Origin: Octopus sinensis
Lineage: Eukaryota
Reading direction: 5' to 3'
Assembly: GCF_006345805.1 (NCBI RefSeq)
Contig: NC_043001.1
Coordinates: 30,938,001-31,002,000 of the forward strand
DNA: 64,000 bases
Part shown: positions 27,220 to 38,200 of the stretch, piece after piece
Layout: each line of letters begins with the position of its first letter
Numbering within the stretch: the stretch's first letter is position 1
Translations under genes and position numbers: made by a program
The notes under the pieces: model-generated
Seen by the model: only the letters and a program-made list of their open reading frames with translations
Databases searched by the model: none
Told to the model about the DNA's origin: nothing

Positions 27220-27920
27220 CAATAATAATAAAGGGTAAAAATTAATTAATTAATTAATAATTTTACCAAGTAGTTCGGCATGTTAAAAGAACCATTATCG
27301 GTAAACTTAAACAAAAATTTTTATAATTATGAGTATAATTATAATTAAGGTTCAGCAAAAAATTTGCTTCACCACATACCGAAATTTAGAAATAGCAGCC
27401 AAAACTAGCTATTTCTCTACCATAAGAAAATCTCCCAGACAACAATACTCAACAACCCATGTAGGCAAAGATGAAAAAAATAATGAATTCACCTGGCTTC
27501 GATTAACTGTAGATGCGTTTCGGAGTTAGATAGATGTGAAAAATGCAAAAACCACATTTCCACTCCATCATTCTTGCTCTTCAGTACAGTATTTCAAGAT
27601 TTTAAATTTGAGAGCACTGTAAAAGAAATTGAACATACCTTATCTGATCAAACGACATCAGACAAACTACATCCAATGATTGGTACTTCCGAATTCAAAC
27701 AGACGAATGAGATCTTGTATTTTCCCTCACCTACCCACGTGTGTTACTGAGTAAAAATTCTACAGAAAAAAAAACTGTAGTTTACTATCAGGGAGAGAAT
27801 TATATTATCAATAATAATAAAGGGTAAAATTAATTAATTAATTAATTAATAATTAATAATTTTACTAAGTAGTTTGGCATGTTAAAAGAACCATTATCAG
27901 TAAACTTAAACAAAAATTTG
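27165..27920 (-). mobile_element. Penelope-like partial-tandem fragment (two about 120-bp direct repeats around a 460-bp interior)
   Basis: Direct repeats about 27220-27320 and 27805-27920, each ending in an AT microsatellite on the minus strand; pseudo-LTR architecture. Family assignment is inference. Confidence 0.5.
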
Positions 27921-28336
27921 AGGGTTTTCAGAGGTACAGCCCCCTAAAAATCCCCTGCGTATTATACTCAAGGGTGGACTATACTCGAGGATTTACGGTA
28001 TTAATTGTCACCTCACCACTTATATATTATTGTATGTGTAAGGATAAGTGGCATTTAGGTAAAACTATTTGCAACAATTCAAGTACCTAAATTTTTTAAT
28101 TACTTTTGGTTAAAATGATTCTGCTCATATATTTTGTTTTGATTTAACAAATACTAAATTTTATGATTTATTCCAAAGAAATTTTTTTTCTATTAATAAT
28201 GGCTCTCATTTGTGTTTTTGCTCTTTTTTTTTTTTTGTTTAGATATTTTCGGTATTTTGTGAGAATTAAGGTGATATCTGAACAGATCAACTCAGTCACT
28301 TACTCCTTCATTGGTTCATCTCCAAACTTACTTCCT

Positions 28337-29117
28337 ATGGAAGGAGGAAATAATATCTACACAGGCTCACCCGATTCTCCTCATTTTTCTCGTCGAATTT
28401 CTCGTCTCTCTGATGTAGATGACATAAAACGTGACCTCAGCAATATAACCGATGACTCTAATGATGACAGCTACCCACTGGCTCATATCAACCCTGTTTT
28501 TTCTTCGCCTTCGAACAGCATTGATTCTGGCTTCCAGTCTCCTTCCATTGAGTGTTTATCATTATCTTTTTCTCCAGACATCTCTCTCTCCTCAAACCAT
28601 ACTTCATCTTCTCAAAGAAAAGATTATCACAAATCAACAATAAATGGTAGCACTCAATATCCAAAACAGGAGCTTGATATTAATTTCGCTTCACCAGAGG
28701 GAAATGTCTCTTCTTGGACTACAAAGACTCCGTCAACTTCATTTATTGAACTCTCACTTAACGATTCCAGTTCCTGGAAGAACAATGTTGTCCCATTGGC
28801 TGACCCTACTCCAATGCAATGTTCAACTCCCCTATTACCACGTAACTTGAAAATCTTAGCAACCCCTCCAGTCACAAGCTGTTCAACAAACAATGTGGAA
28901 TTTATTTTAAATTCTCAAAGCTTCCAGTTATCTTCGTTGTCCTCTTCTACAACTTCTACAACCAATTCTGTTGGACTGTCACTTTCCAAACCGAAGGAAC
29001 TTGTAATAGAAATTCTAAAACCCGTTTCCTTCTCTGAGGCTCAAATATCACCACTTGCTCCCACAGCCTCATCTTTCCAGACTGCTACATTGAATAACCA
29101 ACCTAAAATCCAGACTA
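28337..29117 (+). CDS. FOXM1: FoxM1-like forkhead gene, first identified coding exon (exon acceptor at 28242/28243, putative ATG 28337); Ser/Pro-rich N-terminal region
   Basis: T-rich acceptor ...gtttag ending 28242; ATG GAA GGA (MEGGNNIY...); donor A|GTAAGT at 29118; phase 1 matches next exon. The frame is open upstream to the acceptor, so an upstream coding exon cannot be excluded. Confidence 0.8.
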
Positions 29118-29123
29118 GTAAGT

Positions 29124-29540
29124 ACTTTACTCTTTACTCTTTTACTTGTTTTCAGTCATTTGACTGCGGCCATGCTGGAGCACCGCCTTTAATCGAGCAA
29201 CTCGACCCCGGGACTTATTCTTTGTAAGCCCAGTACTTATTCTATCGGTCTCTTTTTTGCCGAACCGCTAAGTGACGGGGACGTAAACACACAAGCATCG
29301 TTTGTCAAGCGATGCTAGGGGGACAAATACAGACACACAAACACACACATATATATATATATACACATATATACGACAGGCTTCTTTCAGTTTCCGTCTA
29401 CCAAATCCACTCACAAGGCATTGGTCGGCCCGGGGCTATAGCAGAAGACACTTGCACAAGATGCCACGCAGTGGGACTGAACCTGGAACCATGTGGTTGG
29501 TTAGCAAGCTACTTACCACACAGCCACTCCTGCGCCTATA
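29124..29540 (-). mobile_element. SINE family A copy starting about 6 nt after the FoxM1 5' splice site
   Basis: Reverse complement of the family A consensus; tail begins right after GTAAGT at 29118-29123. Confidence 0.85.
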
Positions 29541-29662
29541 GATATTTATAGATATTTTTCAACAGTTTTAATTTACTATATTAATATTTAAAGTTGAATT
29601 ATTAAATAGATTTTATTGAGATTAAATTGATTGTATTAATTAATTGATAACATTATATATAA

Positions 29663-29923
29663 GAGTTGCTGAAGCATGGAACAAACTGCCGGCATCAGTT
29701 GTTAGTTGTTGGAGCACTGCATCCTTCAAAACTTCCATGCTTCCTGAGATTCGCCAACACTATACTTGATTTTCTCCCCTCCATACACACACAAGCATAT
29801 ATCTGACTCATACACTGTTCACTTTCCAGATATTTGTACATTACTGCATATGCTTTATATGCACTTTTGACAAGTTGTGGTGCACCTGAGCACTGTATAC
29901 AATAATTTCATTATATTATATTA
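29663..29923 (+). mobile_element. CR1 3'-end fragment with (ATT)n tail
   Basis: Homologous to the reverse complement of 41064-41215 (GAAGCATGGAA.AAACTGCC.GC.TCAGTTGTT...GTGCACCTGAGCACTGTA). Confidence 0.75.
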
Positions 29924-30130
29924 TATAGACACATAGTGCTAAAATAAACTAAAAACATAAAATAAGTATTAACCACTTAAACGATTTATCATAAGACTTT
30001 CAGTTCATATTAGCATGGGAAAATGGATGTAAAAATGTGAAACTAAAATGAAATAGATCCAGATAAAGAACTTATAATATTATCTTCATCTTACATTCTA
30101 CTAAATAATATATATAACTTTACTTGATAG

Positions 30131-30177
30131 AACCTGGAGAAAAACTGAACCAGACTGAAAAGACATCAAATCCACAG
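30131..30177 (+). CDS. FOXM1: FoxM1-like coding micro-exon (47 nt, KPGEKLNQTEKTSNPQ)
   Basis: ttgatag| acceptor, CAG|GTAAGT donor; converts phase 1 to phase 0 exactly as needed to join flanking exons. Confidence 0.8.
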
Positions 30178-30886
30178 GTAAGTACTTTGTTTATCTTCTG
30201 TATGTGAATGAAAATGATGTATAAGATTACCATCTAAGAAGTCCTTAATCCATAACTTGAAGGGGTGGCATGGACCTTGTTGTTTAACTCCAGGTCAGCC
30301 CTGATTGAGAAGACTTATGATCAGCAGTATTCCAGTAGTGTCTACAAGTCTTTTATCTCTTACATAGTTTATGTAAGACTACATTACTAAATATATTGTT
30401 CATCATATCAATAGGTTGGGTGTAACTTGAGGGAGATTTAGCTGCCATTTCTAGCATGACAACTAACTGTTAAACTTCAAAATGATATTTAATTCTCTAT
30501 CTGAAGTTGTTGTTTAACCACAGGTCAAAACTGAACTGAGAAAACCTCTGATGTAATATGTTCTAGTCAGCCATGACCACACCATCTTTATACTTGATCA
30601 TAATTATTTATGACTACATTATCTAATGTACCCTCACTTTTTTAAGTTGTTAATGGAAATTTGGCTTCTATTTCTAGCAATGTGAGTGACCACATGAGGG
30701 ACCCCTAAATTACTGAGGGATCCCTTCATTAATTTAGTTTATCAACTCAAGAAAAGCTGCCAGTCCTAAAGGTTATGAACCTGAAACCACAAGGTTGAAA
30801 AGCAAGCTTCTTAGCCACACAGCCATGTAGATTTTTAATTTCATTTGACTCAAATGTTTTTGCTACGTGTTTTATTGAATATTTGC

Positions 30887-31100
30887 TTTATTATTATTAT
30901 TATTATTATTTATTATTATTTATTATTATTATTATTATTTATTATTATTTATTATTATCATTATTATTTATTATTATTATTATTATTTATTATTATTATT
31001 ATTTATTATTATTATTATTATTTATTATTATTATTATTTTATTATTATTATTATTATTTATTATTATAATTATTATTATTATTTATTATTATTATTATTA

Positions 31101-31133
<33 letters not shown>
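30887..31133. repeat. (TTA)n/(TTTA)n microsatellite abutting the forkhead exon acceptor
   Basis: Direct reading. Confidence 0.95.
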
Positions 31134-31138
31134 TGTAG

Positions 31139-31306
31139 ACTTTGGGTAGCAGCCAGTTCAACAAGCGACCTCCATTCTCTTATGTGAAGTTAATAGAAAA
31201 TGCACTTAACAGTCGTCATGATAAACGCATGACCTTAAAAGAAATCTACCGATGGATTGAAACCAACTATCCTTATTACAGCAACACTACAAAGCTTGGA
31301 TGGAAG
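31139..31306 (+). CDS. FOXM1: Forkhead domain exon, helices 1-2 (TLGSSQFNKRPPFSYVKLIENALNSRHDKRMTLKEIYRWIETNYPYYSNTTKLGWK)
   Basis: Canonical RPP(F/Y)SY...MTLKEIY.WI...(F/Y)PY....GWK motif, close to FoxM1 (KRMTLKDIYTWI...KPGWK); tttgtag acceptor, AAG|GTTAG donor, phase 0/0. Confidence 0.95.
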
Positions 31307-31591
31307 GTTAGCTCCCCTTTGCGCTTTGAAAACTGTATATTTTGGGCTATATTGTTATGTTGAGTATATCCTTAGATTATTTACTAAAATTCTATGTATA
31401 GACAGATGTGAGCACCTTTTCTGTATATAGAGTATTTATGCAGTTTATCTTTGTGTATGGAAAAACGTGCAGTTGGCTGAATTGGTTTCTGTCCTATGTT
31501 GGGATGTTATCAGTAAATATGCATTCACTTTAACTATCCACAGAGACACTTCTTTTAAACCTACTATCACATTGGACTTGAGTAAATAAAT

Positions 31592-31820
31592 TTAACCCTT
31601 TAGTGTTCAGATTTACTCTGTTAAATGTAATACTTTTTCACTCAAGTTGTTTTGAATTAATCATACATTATCTTATAGCTTTGATGTTTCAATGGTGTGA
31701 TAGTTTATTCTTAGAATGTCACTGTAGGTTAGGTGTGAGAGGCTAGATATGGTCAGTTTGAATATAAAACATGTAGAGTATCTGGGCCAGATATGGCTGG
31801 TTTAAACACTAAAAGGTTAA
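31592..31820. mobile_element. piggyBac-like MITE; related copy at 17400-17875 carries a SINE insertion
   Basis: TTAA|CCCTTTAGTG ... CACTAAAAGG|TTAA; shared interior with 17400-17875. Confidence 0.7.
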
Positions 31821-33560
31821 AGCATTCTTGGCAGCTAGTTTCATTAATAATTATCATCATCATCACTTACCATCTGTTTTCCATGCTGGCATGGGTTGGA
31901 TGCTTTGACAGGTGCTGACCTGCTGAAGGCTGTTCAGGCTCTATTTCTGTTTTGGCACGGTTTCTATGGCTGGATGCCCTTCATAATGCCAGCCACTTTA
32001 TAGGATGTACTGGGTGCCTTTATGCAGCACCAGCACGGATGCTTTTTATATGCACCGGCAACTATGAGCCTGCAAGATTAATGATGCTCAGCTGGAGAGG
32101 GCAACCATGCTTTTACTGGTTTATTAATACTTTTAATTTTAACTGCTAATGCACCAGCAAGTTAGATTCAAAGAATATATTATATGCACAAACTGGTCTC
32201 TCCAATTTACTCAAACCCATAGTAAGAGTAGTTTTATAACCAGTATCTCTATGGACATCATCATCATCATCATCATCATTGTTTAACGTCCGTTTTCCAT
32301 GCTAGCATGGGTTGGATGGTTCGACCAGGGTCTGGGAAGCCAGGAGGCTGCACCAGGCTCCAGTCTAATCTGGCAGAGTTTCTACAGCTGCATGCCCTTC
32401 CTAATCCAACTACTCCATGAGTGTAGTGGGTGCTTTTTATGTGCCACCAGCACAGGGGCCAGAGGAGGCTAGCAATGGCCACATGGTGCTTTTTATGTGC
32501 CACTGGCACGGACGGCAGTGATGGCGGCGCTGGCATCGGTCATGTTTGGATGGTGCTTTTTATGTGCCACCAGCACGGGTATCACAACTACAATTTCCAC
32601 AGTTGAAGATAATACTCTGTCACAAACAAAATCCAGCTAGTCCAGCTGGTCCTACCTTTTCTATCTTTGAAAATATTTTTTATACAGATAAGGTGTACAT
32701 CTGTTTTTACATTACATCATCATTTTAAGTCCACTTTTCCATGCTTGCATGGGTCAGCTGGAATTCAGTGAAGCTCTTCCTGTCACCAACTCTCGTTTTT
32801 TCCAGGTAAGAAAGTGCTTCCCCTTGGGTAGACATGTTTACATGAAAGGCTTAAAATGAATGGCATCGCTTGTATAACAGTAATGCTTGCTTACAGCAAA
32901 GGGGTGGAAACGCAAACACTACAAAAATACATACGTCTCTATGTTTACATCAGGAGTGAAGCCAGGTTCTAAAGTTAGGGGAGCAACCACATAATAAAAA
33001 AAAAAAAGGTGCTGTGTAAGAAGTTTGCTTCTAATCACATTGTTTCAAGTTCAGTCTCACTGTGTGACACCTTGGGCAACTGTCTTCTTTAGCTCCAAGC
33101 TGACTAAAGCCCTGTGAGTGGTTTTGATAGACAAAAACTGAAAGAAGTCCATCATGAGTGTAGTGGGTGCTTTTTATGTGCCACCAGCACAGGGGCCAGA
33201 GGAGGCTGGCAACGGCCACATGGTGCTTTTTATGTGCCACTGACACGGACGCATAGTTGGGGAGCATTCTTGCTTCTATAATCAACTCTGGAAGAATGGA
33301 AGACAATGTGGGTGTTGATAGGCTTTTAAATTTTCAGTATAAAGGGACATAACTAAGTACTGCTAAGTCCTCTCTTCAATGCTTTAACTAGATTTTTGTA
33401 GTTGCAATTAGTTGAAATTTTGTTTCTCTGTGTATGTTTTTGTATATTCATTATCATGATACTTTAACTATTTTATTTGAATTTGAGTCAACAGAACACT
33501 CAACTATTTGTTGTTCAGCAATTTATTTTAATTTAACTTTGTCATTTTTCAATTTTATAG

Positions 33561-33813
33561 AATTCAATTCGCCATGATTTATCTACCAACAAATGTTTCG
33601 TTCGAGAACCAACTCGTTACTATGGTTCTCACTGGAAATTGGTTTCAACTGCTAAAGACACGGTTTCGTCATCATCGTCATCATCGTCATTGTTGTCATC
33701 ATCATCATCATCATCGTCTTCATCATCAACGTTATCAACAGCAACTTCGTTGTCATTACCATCATCAGTGTTAACATCATATTCATCACCCTCATTATCA
33801 TCTGTTGCCACAG
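33561..33813 (+). CDS. FOXM1: Forkhead domain exon, recognition helix and wing (NSIRHDLSTNKCFVREPTRYYGSHWKLV) followed by a poly-Ser tract
   Basis: ttttatag acceptor; continues GWK|NSIRH; FVRE...S.W as in FoxM1; G|GTAAGT donor at 33814, phase 1. Confidence 0.95.
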
Positions 33814-34221
33814 GTAAGTCTTTCTCTCAGCAACTTAGAATTGAATATATGGATTGTGTCATTTGTGAAATCTGTCTTAGAAATGTCAATTTACTTAGAT
33901 GTTTCAACACACACACACACACACCACACACACACACACATACTCTCTCTCTCTCTCACACACACACACTTTATTTCTTTCTCTCACACACATACATATA
34001 CATACACACACACACGCACATCATATTCAAGAAACAGGAAGAAAGAGTGAGAGAAAGTTGGGGTGAAAGAGTACAATTGGGGTTGCCACCAACCCTTGCC
34101 GGAGCCTCGTGGAGTTTTAGGTGTTTTCACTCAATAAACACACACAACACCCAGTCTGGGAATCGAAACTGTGATGCTCTGACCGCGAGTCCACTGCCCT
34201 AACCACTGGGCCATTGAATAA

Positions 34222-35239
34222 AGATAGAGTGACCCTAGAATATTACACCAGACTAAGAAAAATATGGCAGTCTGTACTCTCCTCTTACGACTGGACAATA
34301 TTCCACAGTGCAGTTACAGTTCTAGTGCTGATTCCATACTCAACTAACCTGTAGAAGAAATCCACTCCATAGACATTAAAGCCCATAAGATTCTAACATA
34401 AACTGCAAATCTCCACTAAAATAATGATATCGACTGGCTTTACCTAAGAAGAAATAAAGTAAATAGGGGGTTGAGATCATTGCAGACAGCCTTTGAATGT
34501 CACAGTCTCTCTCAGACAGCACTTGCTAAACAACAGCAGCAAAAATAAAAACATTAACTTAGTGCCAAGAAGTGAAGAAAACAATATCTCAGAAAGTATT
34601 CTCTTCTTGATGATCTCCCATACAACCCCAAATCAGCCAGGTTAGCATACCCCAAATAAGACCTGGAGGTGAAAATCTCAGTATGCCAAAAAAAAAAATG
34701 ACTATGTTTAGGTATGTTTCTCATAGACTTGAAAAAGATAGTAAAACTGACATGAAGTGAAGCCTCTCTTGGACTTGTGGCTGCTACATCACATCACACT
34801 TCAGAGGCAATCTAAGGACAGGAGATTGCTACTAAATACCTAATTAACAAAAATGAAGCCCTTGGAGTTCTAAGAGGTAATCATAAATGTACATTATGTC
34901 ATATTTCTGTGGAAGACATAACACACACGTGATTAGCAGCTGCCCAAAAATGTCATCAAAGTACTACCTCCCTATGTGACATGATGTTACAAAAACAATA
35001 TATAATGCCATTTGGAAAAAAGACTGTCCTGGAATAAATGTAGAAAATCCCCGTTATTGAATATATACACATATACCAGCACAAGGAATACAGGTGGAAT
35101 ATTCCCATCAAAACATCTGTTAAGTGTAAGCATGACAAGGTTAGATATAAGACAGACAAGAAAAAATATGTACCATCATAGAGGTCAGCTGTCCTGCTAA
35201 TGTGAATATCTCTTTGAAAATCAAACAGAGAGAAGATAA
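34222..35239 (+). mobile_element. Decayed R4/Dong-like (RLE endonuclease) LINE, left part
   Basis: EYYTRLRKIWQS...IDIKAHKIL...NNDIDWLYL.R...RGL; CTLC...EDITH/VISSCP...YYLP..HD..K.IYNAI; WNIPIKT...IIEVSCPANVNISLKIKQREDN; stops and frameshifts present. Confidence 0.8.
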
Positions 35240-35266
35240 TAATAATAATAATAATAATAATCAATT

Positions 35267-38200
35267 CTTTTTTATTGGCCACAAGGGCTGACACGCATGA
35301 TTACATAAAGGGACAAGACAGGACGAAAGGTTACAAAGGGTTTTGTCCGTTTGTTAAAAAAATCCGTGTAAAAAACTTTAAAGCAATGATTATTAAAAAC
35401 AATGAAAAACTCCCAAAATGGGGAGACGTCTCGAAATGTTCCCGGTGGAGAAAACCCTACAAAAGCCAACGGGAGCCTGGTCAAAAAAGGGGGTGTAGAG
35501 AGTCCCCTTTCTTCTCCTTTTACATTACCTTTTTCTTTGAAATCACAGGCGAAACCTGAGAACTGGTCCATTTATACAGGCCAGTCTCGCACAATTCACC
35601 CACCTTTCATAAAACTTGCTATCGGACAGCACTTTCCTCTCTAACCTCATCTTCCTTTTCAAGTGAAACTTGAAAAAGTTGATGAGGCCTTGACCAAAGA
35701 GGAAAGTGTCTGACTTTAGCCCTTTCAAACGAGTCCACCACACGACTTCTTTCGCCACAGCCACAAGGCACAAGAAAACGGCCTCGCCCTCCTTGTTAAA
35801 GGAGGTCGGCGGGGCAATCTTCACTATGGATTCGGCCGATAGTCGGATCCGTCCTACACGTGACAGTAGCTGTTCGACATAAACCCATATTTCAGCAATA
35901 CTCGGGCACTGGACGAGTGCGTGCAGAACGGTTTCGTCGTCCTGGCAACACCTCGGGCAGGCCCGGCTGACGGCACTTCCGTGCCGGTAGAGTTTATCTC
36001 GAACAGGCAGAGCCCCTCGGTAGCACTGCCAGGCGAGAGACCTCTGGAAATTATCCATCGGCCCCGGCCCGAAAGTCCTCCCGAACAGACCGCTCAGTTC
36101 GTCGTCTTCAACGCCTAGAGTTTCCCCGAGAACGTCGTCGCATTTTTCCTCCACTAACCCTCTATAGAACGCTAGAGTGGAGCTGTAACCGACCGCATTG
36201 CCCGCCTGCGGAGGGCGGAGAGGGCTTGACGGCACTCGAGGTGCCAAGCGCCCTTTCTCGGTCTACGTTTGATCCAGGTCTGCAGCTCCGTCAAAGAGAC
36301 GAGCTGCGGAAAATCGCGTCTGACAAAAGACGACCACACCTGTTCACCGTCTAGGAAGCGCTTGAGATGCCGCAGCCTGAGCGCATGTCTGCGCAACAGC
36401 AACCACGGCATTCCAAGGCCTCTGTTCAGCGGTCGTTGACAGCAGATGGATCGCCTGACCAGTGGCACCTGACCCTTCCACAAAAAGTCGAAGAGCAGGC
36501 GTACCAGCTTGGCCAACCAGCGGTCGGGACAAGGGACGACGGTCAAGCGGTAATAGATGACGGATGCGATGTACGCATTCGCCACCTCCGCTCGACCTTT
36601 CAGGGACAGCTTCCTCTCGGCCCATTTCTGGGTGAGACGTGCCACCCTGCTCGTCACCTCTTCCCAGTTCTTATCCACCTGGAGGTCCGGACCGAACCAG
36701 ACCCCGAGCAGTTTAACGGGTCCGTCTGTCCAGCGCCCTACGACGCTGTTGGACGGCATGGGCTTGCCTCTCCAGGTGCCCAGTTGCAAGCCCACAGACT
36801 TTTCCGCGTTAATCTTTGCCCCTGTCACCGCTTCGTACTGGTTTAGCGTCTCGCCAATCAGGCCAATGTGCCTGTGGCTCGACACCACCATGGTGACGTC
36901 GTCGGCATAAGCAGACACGCTGTTTCCGCCTCCTAGATCGCGCGGGATGCCCCTCAAAGCCTCCAACTTGCGCATAATGGCTCGAGAGTCAAAATGTACA
37001 AGAGGGAGGAGAGAGGGCATCCTTGGCGGACCGAACGCGAGATGTCGAACGGTTCCGAAAGGTGACCGTTCACCCGTATCACCGAGCAGATGTTGCTGTA
37101 TAAAGCAGCGATCCACCCGCGGAAGACTGGACCGAAGCCGGCTGCCCTGAGGACAGCTGCCAGGTACCGATGGTCGACCCTATCGAAGGCTTTACTCTGA
37201 TCCAAGTTGATCAAAGCCCCACCCGCGCCAGCGTCGTTACCCACCCTCTCTATGATGTAGCGCATGAGATGGAGGTTGTCGTGTATCGACCTGGTCGGCA
37301 CGGCGCATGTCTGCGGCCCGCCGACCAGCTTGTCCACGACAAGCGCCAATCTCTTGGCTAGCACACTTGGCCAAAATCTTCAACTCTGCATTGAGCAGAG
37401 TGATGGGCCGGAAATTCCCTATAACGTCCCCCTTGTTTGAGTCCTTCTTTAGCAAAGCCACCACCCCTCGACAGACAAAAGCGGAAATTCTCCCGTTTTG
37501 CTGCCAGTTGCAGTAGACGTTTGCCAACAGGTCCGCAACAAGTCTGGCATCGAAAAGTAAAGCTCGTAGGGCAGACCATCCAAACCCGGCGATCTACCTC
37601 TCGTGCAACTCTTCATCGCTTCCTGTACTTCCCAGGCAGATATCGGTCCTTCGCAGCACTCTGCCTCGCTGTCCGAGAGTTGCGGCAGTCCGTCCAGGTA
37701 CACACCGAAATCTGCACCGTTGGTGTCCGTTCCACCGCTCGTCCCAAACAGTTGAGCAAAGTGCCGCTGAAGCACCGTACACATCTGCTTCGGTTGGGTA
37801 ACCTCGCGCCCGTTCTGGTCCACCAAAGACCGAATGGTTGCTTTGTTGCCTCGCTTCGCCTCCGCCACGCGGGCCCATCGAGCGGCTCCTAGTCCCTCCC
37901 CGCTTAGCGAACGTGCCTTAGCTCTGACAACGCAGCCTTTGTGTTTGGCGTCGAAGTGTTGGTCGAGGGCCAACCCTGCTGCCGCCGCCAACACGTTGGT
38001 CGCGATGCCAGTGTCAAGAGCCTCGTCTAGTTTCTTACTAATCCCGCTCTCTCTTCCTACGTTCAATAGCTAGAGTCTTACTATACCTAATCGACTCTAC
38101 TCTAATGCTCTCTTGAGGGCAAACCACCAGTTGTTGTTGATGTTGCCCCCGTGAGCGCCCGCTTAACTAGTAAACTAATCCGGTCTCTGTAAGCTTTGCA

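Noticed and set aside
28163-28242. Hydrophobic 'signal/TM' N-terminus of the 354-aa ORF
   Set aside because: It is the T-rich intron end before the acceptor at 28242; the ORF tail after 29117 is intron plus SINE.
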